Part shown: piece by piece, positions 10,691 through 21,400 of the stretch
Position numbering within the stretch: the stretch's first letter is position 1
Layout of the letters: every line of letters begins with the position of its first letter
Source: a virus
Strand: one strand, 5' to 3'
IMG/VR virus record: IMGVR_UViG_3300042691_042551
Span: 8,691 to 72,690 of that record
Length of the DNA stretch: 64,000 nucleotides
Notes under the pieces: model-generated
The model's input: only the letters and a program-made list of their open reading frames with translations
What the model was told of the DNA's origin: nothing
Database searches by the model: none
Translations under genes and position numbers: made by a program

Positions 10691-13600
10691 TGGAAAAAAG
10701 TCAAGACGCTTTTAGCAAAATGGACATGGACATTAACGAGTCCAATATGTCTACAAACCAAGGTGTTTACAAATACAGTAAAAACGGAAAAATATTTAAC
10801 AGTGGCGATGGAAATTTTCAGTGGGTTTGCGATGATGGCTCTGTCTTTGCATTTAAAATACCACATATTCAAACCAATGTTATTCCAGAAAAAAAAGCTA
10901 TAATTAACGTGTACCCTATACATGGAGGATCAACCGGTTATGTAAATGATACAGTTGGTAGCTACACAAAAAGATTTAGGTTAAAATTTTACATCAATAG
11001 TATTTTGTCTGGTACTGTAGATGTTCAATCATCATACATAGGAACGCCAGTTTTAAAATCTAATTTTCGAGTAACTGTACAGTTTACTAATTTTGGTGGA
11101 TATAGTGGAACACATCAAATTGATGGTGCTCCGGGTTCAGTTTCATTTGAAAGGCTTATTTGTCAAAGATTTAAAACCATTTTTGATGCAAATTTAACAA
11201 CAGCACAAAAGCAAGGAATAACGGTATTAGCTAAAAAGCACGGAATACGTCCTGATGAATCTGATTTTGTACCAGAACTTGAAACGATAGATGTTGCTTT
11301 TAATGACTATACGTGGTTTTTAGAGTTTACCCAAAACGATGTAACAAAAAATCTTGAAATTGAAACTACAGTTTATGGTTCTTTAAATGGCGAAGTTATT
11401 AATGTGTTTGGCTGGGGAACTGGTTCTGTTAATGGATCAAGTGTAAAGTTTCCTTGTTCAGCTCCATATCCGGTACCGGGAACTAATCAAAAAAACAAAA
11501 CATACGGTACACCAAAACCAGAAGGAAAAGCAATATATCTAAAACAAGGAAAATATTATTATGTAAGCTCAGGAGACGTTGTATTGTCTTCACCTGACCA
11601 TCCAACCAGAAATCAATGGGATGGAGCCAAATATTCTGTATTGTATCCACAACCAATAACAATAGAAGGAACTTTATTTTTTTTGGGAGACACAGATTCA
11701 AAAGACTATTCAGGTTTGTCTAACAATGCTGAGATAATAGAATGTAATCCTATTACATACGCCTTTGCAATACCTGTTCAAGACAATTTTCCTACGGTTA
11801 CAATAAACCCAATGCCAATTGAAATAGTCCATTACTATCGCTATTCTCACAATATTGGTGTTGTTTTTTGTATAGCTGGATACAATGAAAGATTTTTGAT
11901 ATACAAAATCGATTATTCTAACTTTAATAATCCTATTTTAACAAAGCTTTTAGACAGCGATACTCCTTTAGATTGGACTTTTGAAAACCCAATTATTAAA
12001 GTAGATTCAAGATCTGAGTCTGATGAAAACGCTTTTTTGTTTTGGTGTTCTGAAAAAGGACATTTAAGAAGCCTTAACATTAATACTCCGGTAACTGAAG
12101 ATATTGATTTTCAAACAAGAATTTACAAACCTGTTAATTTTGGCAAAATACAAGTTTCAAATGTGTTTCGATCTGGTGGAATGTTGCTTGCTGGTGCTTA
12201 TCAATATGCTTATCAGTTATCTATTGATGGTGTTAATTGGACAAGATGTTCTTCTCATACCAATGCTATTCATATTGGCTCTGGCAAAAAATACATTGAA
12301 ACAGTTAATGAAGAAACAGCCACATCAACATTTCCGATGCCGGTTCCAACAAATGATCCAAGCTATAAAGGATTTCCTGCCGGCACAAAAACAACACAAT
12401 CAATTGAAGTTAGAATAACCGGAATAGATAGAAGGTACAAGTTTTTACGAATTTATTCTATTGAAGCAATATCTGGTAGCGGCCAATATGGAAGTGCGGT
12501 TGTTAACATGATACACGAAGGACAACTAGAATCAAAAGACTATTATGAATTTAATAAAATTCATACTGGAATAAATGAGGTTTTAAAAGGTGGTTTAAAT
12601 GTATCTGAAGTAACAAAGCCCTATTTTGTGCCATACAACATTAAATCGTTTTGTTTTAACAACAACAGGCTAATAATTAGCGGATATGAGGAGTTTCAGT
12701 CAATTGTTACTGAACAAGAAAAAAACTTGTTGCTTCATGAAACAAAACCAGCATGCAAATACATAGGAACAGATATAACGGCAAGCGATACCGTTAATAA
12801 CGGGCATAAAAATTGGTTTAACCAGCAATGGTATAGAAGTCTTCAAATAAACGAAGAATATGAATATGCTTGGGTTTTTGAAGATGAATATGGTAATCAT
12901 ACAGAACCAATTCCGGTTATTAAATATACTGTCCCTTTTCATAGAACAAGAACAAAACAAAACTGGTTTGATTTTTTAGCTTTGAGCGTAAACCCTGTAG
13001 AAGAAGAACATGATTATTATTATGGTCCCGGGGTAAAGGAATATTTAAACGCAGCATATCATTTTTGGGCTCAAGGGTTTTATTTAAAAATGACTGGTTC
13101 TTTTCCGTCTTGGGCTAAAAAAGCAAAACTTGTTCAAAAGCAAAAAAGTCAAATACGCGATCAAAGATATTGGGCTATTGACGAAGAAATATTTACTGAG
13201 AACAAAAGACTTTGTTTTGTACCAGATTTTTATGGCTACAATTCATTTAGAAAAGATTCATTGTCGATAGGTGATGAGGTTGAGACTTTTTTAAGGAAAG
13301 ACGAGTTTATACCATCTACTAGAAGAAAGATTGCTGGTAGTTATACTCCTTCAGATGTTTTTGCGGTTGTTAGAAACATTGGGTCTATTGAAGAAACAGC
13401 TAGTGAATTCGTGCCCGGTTCATTTTACGCTTATTTTTTCAATATAAAAGAAAAGATAACTAAGGTTTCTATTAAAGATTACTTTAATACTCCTTTTAAA
13501 TCTAGACTTTTTTATGTTTATGGTTTAGGTTCAGAAACAAATTTATCGTTATGCCAAATCATAAAAAAAGAAGAACCATCGACTGAAACCGGCAAAGTTT

Positions 13601-15726
13601 TATTTGTTGACACCGGATATGAAATTGATTTAAATTATAAGTATGACGGCCTTTTCCAATCTTTTTATGGAGGCGATTGTTTTTCTGGAAATGTTACAAA
13701 ACCAATACAGTATCCAAGTAGCTACAACGATAATACGTCTGGAAATGATTGTGAGTTTTATTACATGCCTGTATTAAGCAGGTTTAATTATGCAATGGGC
13801 AATGAGGGCTGGTTTGTCACAGCAGGTCAATTTGAACCAGATTATGCAAAGACAACCATAAACAGAGACTACGGCACAATAAATAGTTGGTTAAAGCATA
13901 TAATCATAAAGGACGATTTCCTAAAAGAAAAAACTAAGTTTTTTACTCAAATAGCCTGGTCGTCTCCAAAAGAACCAAACTCTTTATTTAATCCATTTAC
14001 AACAATATTGGCAAACAATTTTGTTGACCTTACAGCAACTTTTGGAAACATAACCTCAATAGAGGATTATTATGGCAATCTCTATGTTTTTTTTGAGCGT
14101 GGTTTGGTAATACTTTATCCAAGCGATAAAGAACTAATAAACACTAGTGCTGGCACTACAATATCCGTTGGAGATGGAAGTTATCTCATTTCTAGAGAAG
14201 AAAATATTTCCAATATAAAGGGAACAACAAGTCATGTATTAAAAACAGATAAAGGAGTTTATTTTTACGATCCATATTCTGGAAGCTTTTGCATAACAAC
14301 CGAAAAAGAACCAGCAGACCTTTCATTGATTTCCGGAGGAAAAGGTTTTTTTGATAAAAGAATATCAAAAACGGTAAACCGTACAAAACACATAGGTTAT
14401 TGGCTTTCTTACAATAGTAGAAGTGGTGAAGTATTAGCAACATTATCAACTAAAATAAGTGAGGACACAGAGTTTATAGCTACTACAATATCCGGTATTA
14501 TTTATTTAGCTGTAAAAATTAAATCTGAATTGCTAAAAAAAGGAGAAAAAGTAATTTTAAATACAACTACAACCAAATTTATTGGTACAGTAACAGATAT
14601 TGTAGTGTTGTCCGGAGTTAAGTGTTATTTGATAGGAAACATATTTAGATCAAACATTTTACAAACCGTTGCCGAATCTTTTACGGTATATAGACTATGT
14701 ACTTTGACAACTGCGGTTTTTGATATTGAACAAATAGTTTTTGATGAAAATCTTAAATCTTTTGAATCTTTATCTGATAAACTGTCTGTTGGCTCTGAAA
14801 ATGCATTTACAAACCAAGTTTTTGTACCACTGTTCAATAACAATGAAATTCACTATGAAACAAAAGAATTAACGACTATCTATCAGTCAGGTAGTGTTTT
14901 GCCATCATTTCGATATTCGGATCCATACTCAACATTAATGTTTTCTAATGCTGGCCAAGTATTCTTTAACATAAAAAATCCTATTGTTCCTCTTCCAAAT
15001 GAGAATCCTATAGTTCGCGGATCTGTACAGGGTAGCACATCTGGAGTACAGAATGGAACATTGTTTATGGTTTCTAAAAAAGACTTTGTGTTTTTTAAAG
15101 GGTACGAATACAAAATAGTTGCAACAGTAAACATTTCCGGTTCTGTTTTAGGCCAAATAGCTTTACAACCACACAGAGAGTTTGCTGACTTTATAAATGT
15201 GTTTACTGAAGACAATTATAACTTAATCAATGGTGCAAAAACAATAACCTTTGAGTTTGAGGCTCTTCAAACCTTCGAAAGTCCATTGTGTCTGTACCAA
15301 AAAACAAGTTCAAACAGTTTAATTACTGCTCTTTTAATAGAAATTACTGAATTTACTTCAATCTGTAGGCCTCAAGCAGAGTTACATGTAGTATTAAATT
15401 CAACTAAAGGAGCTTTAGAAAGTAAGGTGTTAAATCCTAACTCTGACCAGTTTGTATATGACAATGGAGTTATAACTGGTTCTTCAGTAGAAGCAGATTT
15501 ATCTGTTCAGGTAAACTCACCACAAATAAACGAGGATGTAACTGTTAATGAAGAAATTATCAAAAAAAGGCTTAATGAGTACCGGTTTTCCGTGCCTTAT
15601 TATGTCGATGTAGCAGGCAAACAAAGGGTTCGGGGAATATTTGTTACCGTAAAGTATAAATTCAAAAACTATCTACGTAAATTTGCTATACAATCAGTAA
15701 AACACACATATAGAAAATCTTCATAA
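10690..15726 (+). CDS. Tail muzzle/stabilization protein (P22 gp10-like)
   Basis: 1678 aa, beta-rich; GGMLLAGAYQYAY, GGDCF, IAWS..K..NS..N.F and RVRG motifs; sits before the cargo genes. Confidence 0.8.
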   Translation: MEKSQDAFSKMDMDINESNMSTNQGVYKYSKNGKIFNSGDGNFQWVCDDGSVFAFKIPHIQTNVIPEKKAIINVYPIHGGSTGYVNDTVGSYTKRFRLKFYINSILSGTVDVQSSYIGTPVLKSNFRVTVQFTNFGGYSGTHQIDGAPGSVSFERLICQRFKTIFDANLTTAQKQGITVLAKKHGIRPDESDFVPELETIDVAFNDYTWFLEFTQNDVTKNLEIETTVYGSLNGEVINVFGWGTGSVNGSSVKFPCSAPYPVPGTNQKNKTYGTPKPEGKAIYLKQGKYYYVSSGDVVLSSPDHPTRNQWDGAKYSVLYPQPITIEGTLFFLGDTDSKDYSGLSNNAEIIECNPITYAFAIPVQDNFPTVTINPMPIEIVHYYRYSHNIGVVFCIAGYNERFLIYKIDYSNFNNPILTKLLDSDTPLDWTFENPIIKVDSRSESDENAFLFWCSEKGHLRSLNINTPVTEDIDFQTRIYKPVNFGKIQVSNVFRSGGMLLAGAYQYAYQLSIDGVNWTRCSSHTNAIHIGSGKKYIETVNEETATSTFPMPVPTNDPSYKGFPAGTKTTQSIEVRITGIDRRYKFLRIYSIEAISGSGQYGSAVVNMIHEGQLESKDYYEFNKIHTGINEVLKGGLNVSEVTKPYFVPYNIKSFCFNNNRLIISGYEEFQSIVTEQEKNLLLHETKPACKYIGTDITASDTVNNGHKNWFNQQWYRSLQINEEYEYAWVFEDEYGNHTEPIPVIKYTVPFHRTRTKQNWFDFLALSVNPVEEEHDYYYGPGVKEYLNAAYHFWAQGFYLKMTGSFPSWAKKAKLVQKQKSQIRDQRYWAIDEEIFTENKRLCFVPDFYGYNSFRKDSLSIGDEVETFLRKDEFIPSTRRKIAGSYTPSDVFAVVRNIGSIEETASEFVPGSFYAYFFNIKEKITKVSIKDYFNTPFKSRLFYVYGLGSETNLSLCQIIKKEEPSTETGKVLFVDTGYEIDLNYKYDGLFQSFYGGDCFSGNVTKPIQYPSSYNDNTSGNDCEFYYMPVLSRFNYAMGNEGWFVTAGQFEPDYAKTTINRDYGTINSWLKHIIIKDDFLKEKTKFFTQIAWSSPKEPNSLFNPFTTILANNFVDLTATFGNITSIEDYYGNLYVFFERGLVILYPSDKELINTSAGTTISVGDGSYLISREENISNIKGTTSHVLKTDKGVYFYDPYSGSFCITTEKEPADLSLISGGKGFFDKRISKTVNRTKHIGYWLSYNSRSGEVLATLSTKISEDTEFIATTISGIIYLAVKIKSELLKKGEKVILNTTTTKFIGTVTDIVVLSGVKCYLIGNIFRSNILQTVAESFTVYRLCTLTTAVFDIEQIVFDENLKSFESLSDKLSVGSENAFTNQVFVPLFNNNEIHYETKELTTIYQSGSVLPSFRYSDPYSTLMFSNAGQVFFNIKNPIVPLPNENPIVRGSVQGSTSGVQNGTLFMVSKKDFVFFKGYEYKIVATVNISGSVLGQIALQPHREFADFINVFTEDNYNLINGAKTITFEFEALQTFESPLCLYQKTSSNSLITALLIEITEFTSICRPQAELHVVLNSTKGALESKVLNPNSDQFVYDNGVITGSSVEADLSVQVNSPQINEDVTVNEEIIKKRLNEYRFSVPYYVDVAGKQRVRGIFVTVKYKFKNYLRKFAIQSVKHTYRKSS

Positions 15727-15727
15727 A

Positions 15728-16192
15728 ATGGATTACAGAGGTCAATTTATGTCTGGGGCCGGTGGCCAAAAAATACAAGGTATTCAGCAATATGTTGGCG
15801 AATTTCAAAAGGCTAATGAAACAGATAGTTACGGCTTTGGAGAAGGAGCAATAGATGTATTAACTTCTACTGGATCTTGGGCCGGAACTGGCGCATCAAT
15901 AGGAACTGCAATAGGTGGTCCTGTGGGTACAGCAGTAGGAGCCGTTGGTGGTGCTGTTGTAGGACTTGGAATTGGTTTATACAATGCTTTTAAATCCGAT
16001 GCAGAATCAGAAAAGCAACAAGCCGCGGCAAAAGAATATAACGCCAAAATGGAAGCTGAACGACTTCAAAAAAACGCATTGATAAAAACTCAAAATGAAA
16101 TGCTTATAGACCAGTTTGAGTCAAAAACGCAACAAGAAAATTTAGCTGCTTATAAAATGGCAGCATCTACTCCAAACTATCAATTTGTATAA
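15728..16192 (+). CDS. Putative ejected cargo protein with glycine zipper
   Basis: GTGASIGTAIGGPVGTAVGAVGGAVVGLGIG followed by a coiled coil. Confidence 0.6.
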   Translation: MDYRGQFMSGAGGQKIQGIQQYVGEFQKANETDSYGFGEGAIDVLTSTGSWAGTGASIGTAIGGPVGTAVGAVGGAVVGLGIGLYNAFKSDAESEKQQAAAKEYNAKMEAERLQKNALIKTQNEMLIDQFESKTQQENLAAYKMAASTPNYQFV

Positions 16193-16194
16193 AA

Positions 16195-17070
16195 ATGACT
16201 AATAAGAAGAAAAAAGATGAACCGATAGAAACTATTTTAGAATCTCAGGATCAATCAATAACGTCTTTATTTGATAACCTTAATAAAGACATGGGAAAAA
16301 GATCAACTTCTGCTATAATTGGTGGAACAAAGGGTTTATTGGATTTTGGTTTGGGTTTGTATGGTTTATTCAAAGATGATAACATTGGCGCTCCAGCGTA
16401 TGAATCTACTTATCAAACAAGCAATGTGTTGCCAGCATTACGTGATAGGGCAATGATGGAAGCTTTTTCCGGTAAAGATGATTATGCTGCTCGCATACGC
16501 GCGAGAAATCAAAGAGATATGGCTGTTCAGTCAGCAATTAACCGTTCCGGTGGTAGCCGTGCATTTGTTCAATCTAATGTGGCTGCAGCCGATGATGTAT
16601 TTAATCTTGGAAATCTTAGCATTGATAAAGAAATGGAAGCAGCAAGAATTAATGCATTAAATACTGCAGGAAACCTTGAAAATCTTGTTATTCAAGACAA
16701 GCTGAATAAAATGAAAGATATGCAGTATTCAAATGAGGACAAATACAGAAAGCTTATGGCTGAAATTACGCTTGATAGAGAAAATCGTCAAGGTGCCATG
16801 GGCATGATGTCTTCCGGTTTAAATGATGTTGCTCAAGCAGCTTCAATGGAAGATATGTGGGGTAAAAATGGAACGATGAAGCAAATTCAGCTTGCAAATT
16901 TGATGTTATCTGCTAAAAAAGCAGGCGTAGACTTATTTGGAGGAGAAAAACAATCGACTTTTGTGTTGGGTCCGGTTGATACTGGTATGAATCACACTCC
17001 TATGGAAAATCCAGCTAATGTGTTTCTTTTTGGCCGTAATGGAGAGTGGGTTTCAACAAAAAAAAATTAA
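16195..17070 (+). CDS. Putative ejected cargo protein
   Basis: Hydrophobic G-rich segment (AIIGGTKGLLDFGLGLYGLF) and A/M/Q-rich helices; between muzzle and RNAP. Confidence 0.55.
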   Translation: MTNKKKKDEPIETILESQDQSITSLFDNLNKDMGKRSTSAIIGGTKGLLDFGLGLYGLFKDDNIGAPAYESTYQTSNVLPALRDRAMMEAFSGKDDYAARIRARNQRDMAVQSAINRSGGSRAFVQSNVAAADDVFNLGNLSIDKEMEAARINALNTAGNLENLVIQDKLNKMKDMQYSNEDKYRKLMAEITLDRENRQGAMGMMSSGLNDVAQAASMEDMWGKNGTMKQIQLANLMLSAKKAGVDLFGGEKQSTFVLGPVDTGMNHTPMENPANVFLFGRNGEWVSTKKN

Positions 17071-17082
17071 AAAACAATAACT

Positions 17083-18480
17083 ATGGTTGATTTTGGAAAT
17101 TTATACGCTGGAAACCTTAACAAAGGTTCACAAGAGCAAAAATTTAATTGGGAAGCACTTCAGAAAAACAAATTATTAGAGCTCGAAGCATTTAATCAAC
17201 AGCTTGCAAGAGAAAACGCCTTTCAAGATCAGGAAAGAGCCGTAATGCAAGATATATGGAAAAACCTTGCTGAAACACTAAAAGAAAGTAACGGTTTTCT
17301 TGCCGGCAATGCAAAGGAATTTAAAAACGTTTACGAACAAAAAAAACAAGAGTTATTTAAACATATGTCTAATTATACGTCTGTACAAGCTTTTATGGCT
17401 TCTGATGGCGTATCTCATTTGACAAAGTTTACTGAAGATGTATTAACTGACCAGTCTTTTAAAAACGGGATTCAAACAGCAAAAAGCTACGAAGCCTATC
17501 AAAAATCGATTTTAGAAGGAAAAACAGCACATAAATTAGTAATGACAAGTGACGGAGATCCTTTGGGAGCTGATAATGCATTTAGAGATGTTATATCTGG
17601 AGAATCATCAAAAGGTATTCAATACAGAGGTTCACTTAGCAATAATGTTGATGTACCACCACCAATTGCCGGTGAAAAAGATGAATACTATACATTTGAA
17701 GAAATTAGTCAAATTGCAACTGTACAAAATCCTCAATTTTTTGATCAGGAATTTAAAGACGAAATGAATAAAGTAATTCAGTCTGGAAAAGGAAAATCAA
17801 ACAGTCCATTTCTCAAACGATTTAAAGATCCAAACTATGACATTAGAAGACGTGAAAGTGATGCTGATGCTGAATTAAAAAGAGCACAAGCAAATTATTA
17901 CAATGCTCGTCCGTCAGCAGGTGGCGGTGGTGGTGGAAATCCATTAACTACTCAAAAAATTCCAGGCATAACAACTACAAAAGTATCAAGCGAAAAAAAT
18001 GAAAATGGTGTAGAAGTAAAAGCAGAAAGAACCGTAAATAGTGTTACTCAAGTTTCTGGATTTATTACTTTAAACGAAAATGGATCCGTAAATAGCATTT
18101 TAAATACTATAGATCTTGCAAATACAGGAAATTCACTGCTTCCATCTTATACTAGATTGGTTGATGAAGCTATTAGATTTTCTTCTTTTACAACAGAAGA
18201 ATATTCAGTTGGTGAAATTGGTGGCAAAAAGGTTAGTTATTTAAAAAATGTAAACTTGGATGAATTTAAAAGAAAACTTTTTAAAGGAATTACCGATAAA
18301 AGAGAATCCTTGTATTTAACTCCTGACGAATCAGCTGCTATGAAAGTTGGTGTTGAAGAATATATTGCCCATTTACAACGTGAAAGAGCTGCGGGAAGAA
18401 ACACTGGTATATTACTTGGAGTTTGGGACCCTCAATCTAATCGAGTAGAAGGATTTGCTAACGAAAGAAGAATTGAATAA
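17083..18480 (+). CDS. Putative cargo/internal virion protein
   Basis: Helical with a poly-Gly linker; immediately precedes the giant RNAP gene. Confidence 0.5.
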   Translation: MVDFGNLYAGNLNKGSQEQKFNWEALQKNKLLELEAFNQQLARENAFQDQERAVMQDIWKNLAETLKESNGFLAGNAKEFKNVYEQKKQELFKHMSNYTSVQAFMASDGVSHLTKFTEDVLTDQSFKNGIQTAKSYEAYQKSILEGKTAHKLVMTSDGDPLGADNAFRDVISGESSKGIQYRGSLSNNVDVPPPIAGEKDEYYTFEEISQIATVQNPQFFDQEFKDEMNKVIQSGKGKSNSPFLKRFKDPNYDIRRRESDADAELKRAQANYYNARPSAGGGGGGNPLTTQKIPGITTTKVSSEKNENGVEVKAERTVNSVTQVSGFITLNENGSVNSILNTIDLANTGNSLLPSYTRLVDEAIRFSSFTTEEYSVGEIGGKKVSYLKNVNLDEFKRKLFKGITDKRESLYLTPDESAAMKVGVEEYIAHLQRERAAGRNTGILLGVWDPQSNRVEGFANERRIE

Positions 18481-18482
18481 TA

Positions 18483-21400
18483 ATGGAAACTGGAGACCCT
18501 AAAAAACAAAAAGCTCAACAGGTAAAACAAGAAGTTATTGAAAACTCACCTGAATTGCAAGATGCATTGCATGGACTTAATACAGCTCAAAAAAGAAAAG
18601 ATGATGTATTAGCCAATAAAATTGATCAGGTGTGGAAACCTATTGAGCGTTCCGATAAAGAAATAGCTGAAGCTTATAAACGTGCACCGGAACCAATAAG
18701 TCCTGATGAACAAGAAGTTGAACTAAGAAATAAAGAAAGTATAGCTTTTTTGTTAAAGGCTAAATACGGCTATAAAAATGATGCTGTAATATTAAGTCTT
18801 GCTGAAAAAGCTATGCGTTATCCGGAATTTAAAAACAAGATAATTTCTCATAAAAGCTTAGTCCAATTACAGGCAGAAGAAGATGCTGCTAAATACGAGC
18901 TTAATGAAAGCATGAAAAAAGCACAATCTGGGTTTAATGCATCATTAGCCGCAAGCGGTGAAACTACTGAAGACTTTAGATTGCAAGACGAACAAATAGT
19001 AACAGCTAGACAAAAATACGATAAAGCAAAATCTATAAAATCTGCTTATGAAGATGCTATAAGAAGAGATCCGGCATTTGTTGAAAAGCAAAAGTTTGAT
19101 TTAATGCGTTCTTTGATAGATGTGGATATGAAATATAGACAATCTATTGCAAACAATGCTATTCGCAAAATAGGTGGACCAGATAAAGCAATAGAAGTTA
19201 CTGAGGCCAATTCTCAATACAATTACTTGCTTCAAGAACAACAAAAAGCTGAATCGCTACTTCAAGATCCAAATTATCCAGCCGAGAAAAAACCTAAGCT
19301 AGAAAAATATTTAAACGAGCAACTACCAATACTTATTAAGCAAAAAGAAGATCAGTTACGAAAATTTGGTAACGTATCGGAAGAGGTAAAAAAACTGGAA
19401 GATGCAAGTAAAACTGCTATTGAATCTTATCAAACCATAAAAGAGGTGTTAAATGAAAGTCCCGAAACCTTAAAAAGCAATAAGGAAATTGCACTTAGGT
19501 TAATGGATAGAGCTAAAACAATAGTAACTACAGGTGGTGTACAAGAATTAGTTATACCAGATTTAGGCAAAAGTTTTGGTTTGTCGTTTGCCGGAACCAT
19601 AGTTGACATGGGTGAGTTTTTTACAGGAAAAACATCTGTAGGGGATTTTATAAAAAGAGAAATTGGCATAAATGAACAAATCACCGAAAAAGAATGGGGT
19701 GGAGGCAAATGGATGGTTAATATTGCTTCCGCAGCAGGTGCGACTGCTCCATATTTAATATTAGGAGGTATTGGTGGTGGGGCAAGAGCTGCAACAGCAA
19801 AAATGCTAACTGCTAGGTTTGCAACCAATATTGGAGGAAAAATAGCAAAAGCCGGTGTTAACTATTTAACAAACACGCTATTATCGCCAGCAACTTATGG
19901 ATCCCTTGCCGGTGTGTATACAAATTCATTTGATCAAGAGTTTTCCAATTTAATCTTAGCCGGTAAATCACCTGAAGAATCATATAACATTGCAAGCAAA
20001 AAAGCTACTGCTGATGCGGTAGTTAACGTAATTTCTGAAGGTATATTTGACGAGGCCAGTGTAATTTTTAAAGGTAGTGGAGTAAACCAATGGATTGCAA
20101 AAACTGGTTTTGGTCAATTTTTGCAAGAGTCAAATGTATTGGATGCTATGTCAAAAGGAAAATACGGTATGGCTCAAGAACTTGGCAAACGTGTATTTAA
20201 CTCATGGGCCAGCGAAACTTTAGAAGAAGTTGTTGCTATGGGTGGCGAATCATACAACAAACACATGGTTAATATTCTTGCTCAGCAAGAAATTTACAAG
20301 GATATATTACCTACAATGCATGAAGTAGGTGTAATGTTAGGTTCTGTATTGCTTACTACCGGAGCTATGACTATGGCTAATCGTGGAAAGTCCATAGATA
20401 TAGAACTTGCTGAAATGTCAAAATCTGGTTATGATAAGGCTGTAAGAGGGTTTAAAACCTTAGTTGATACGGGTGTATATAGCGAAGAAGAAGTTAAACC
20501 GTATATGGATAAACTACAGCGCTATTCAAATTTATCTATGGCTATGGCTAGAAACGCTTTGCCGGAAGATATTGTAAAATACGATAACCTATTAAATCAG
20601 CAAGAAGAGCTCAAAAAAAACATGAGCAATCCATCTATATCACTTGGAGAGAAAAATCGCTTACAGTTTGAGATAAATAGCATTGAGGCGCAAAAAAATG
20701 AGCTTTTTCAACAAGCCGTTGTCAACAGTGTTGAAAAAGAGATAAGTGACAAAATAGAAGCTAAAAACAAAAGTTTTATTGAAAACAATAAAAAACAAGT
20801 TGAAAAAATAAAAGCCGAAAGTAACCAAAAGGGTGCAACAAAAGAAGAGCAAGCAGCTTTAAACTATCTTGAATCAACCACCAATAACGTATCTGAGGAA
20901 GCAAAAAAAAACGGACTTCTTTCATCTTCTATTACTAATGTAAATAGTTCTATCGCTCAAACCGAAGAACAGTTACAAAAAGAAGAAAACTTACTGAAAC
21001 AGTTAAAGCAGGAAAAAAATGAACGTGGCGTAGCCGCGCAAGAAGAAAAGGTTGCTGAAGTAAAGAATCAACTTGATAACTTAAATCAGGTAGCCGTTGG
21101 TTTAAAAAGCTTGCAATCTGCACAAGAAGCAAAAGTGGGTGATGGTTTAGCCGCTAGGGGTAAATCTACTACTACTGGAACAGTAAAACCTTCATCTGAG
21201 GTTGAAAAAACTATTCAAGAAAAAAACCAAGCCAAACCAATAACAAAAGCTGAAGAAGCTACAAAAATGCCTGAATTTCAGGAACTATTAGCATCTTACA
21301 AAACCGAAGGATTAACCAAAGAACAGGTAAGGCAAAGGCTAATTGACCAATTTGGCGATAACATGTCGGGTAAAGAATTTTCAAAACTTGAACAGAGTTT

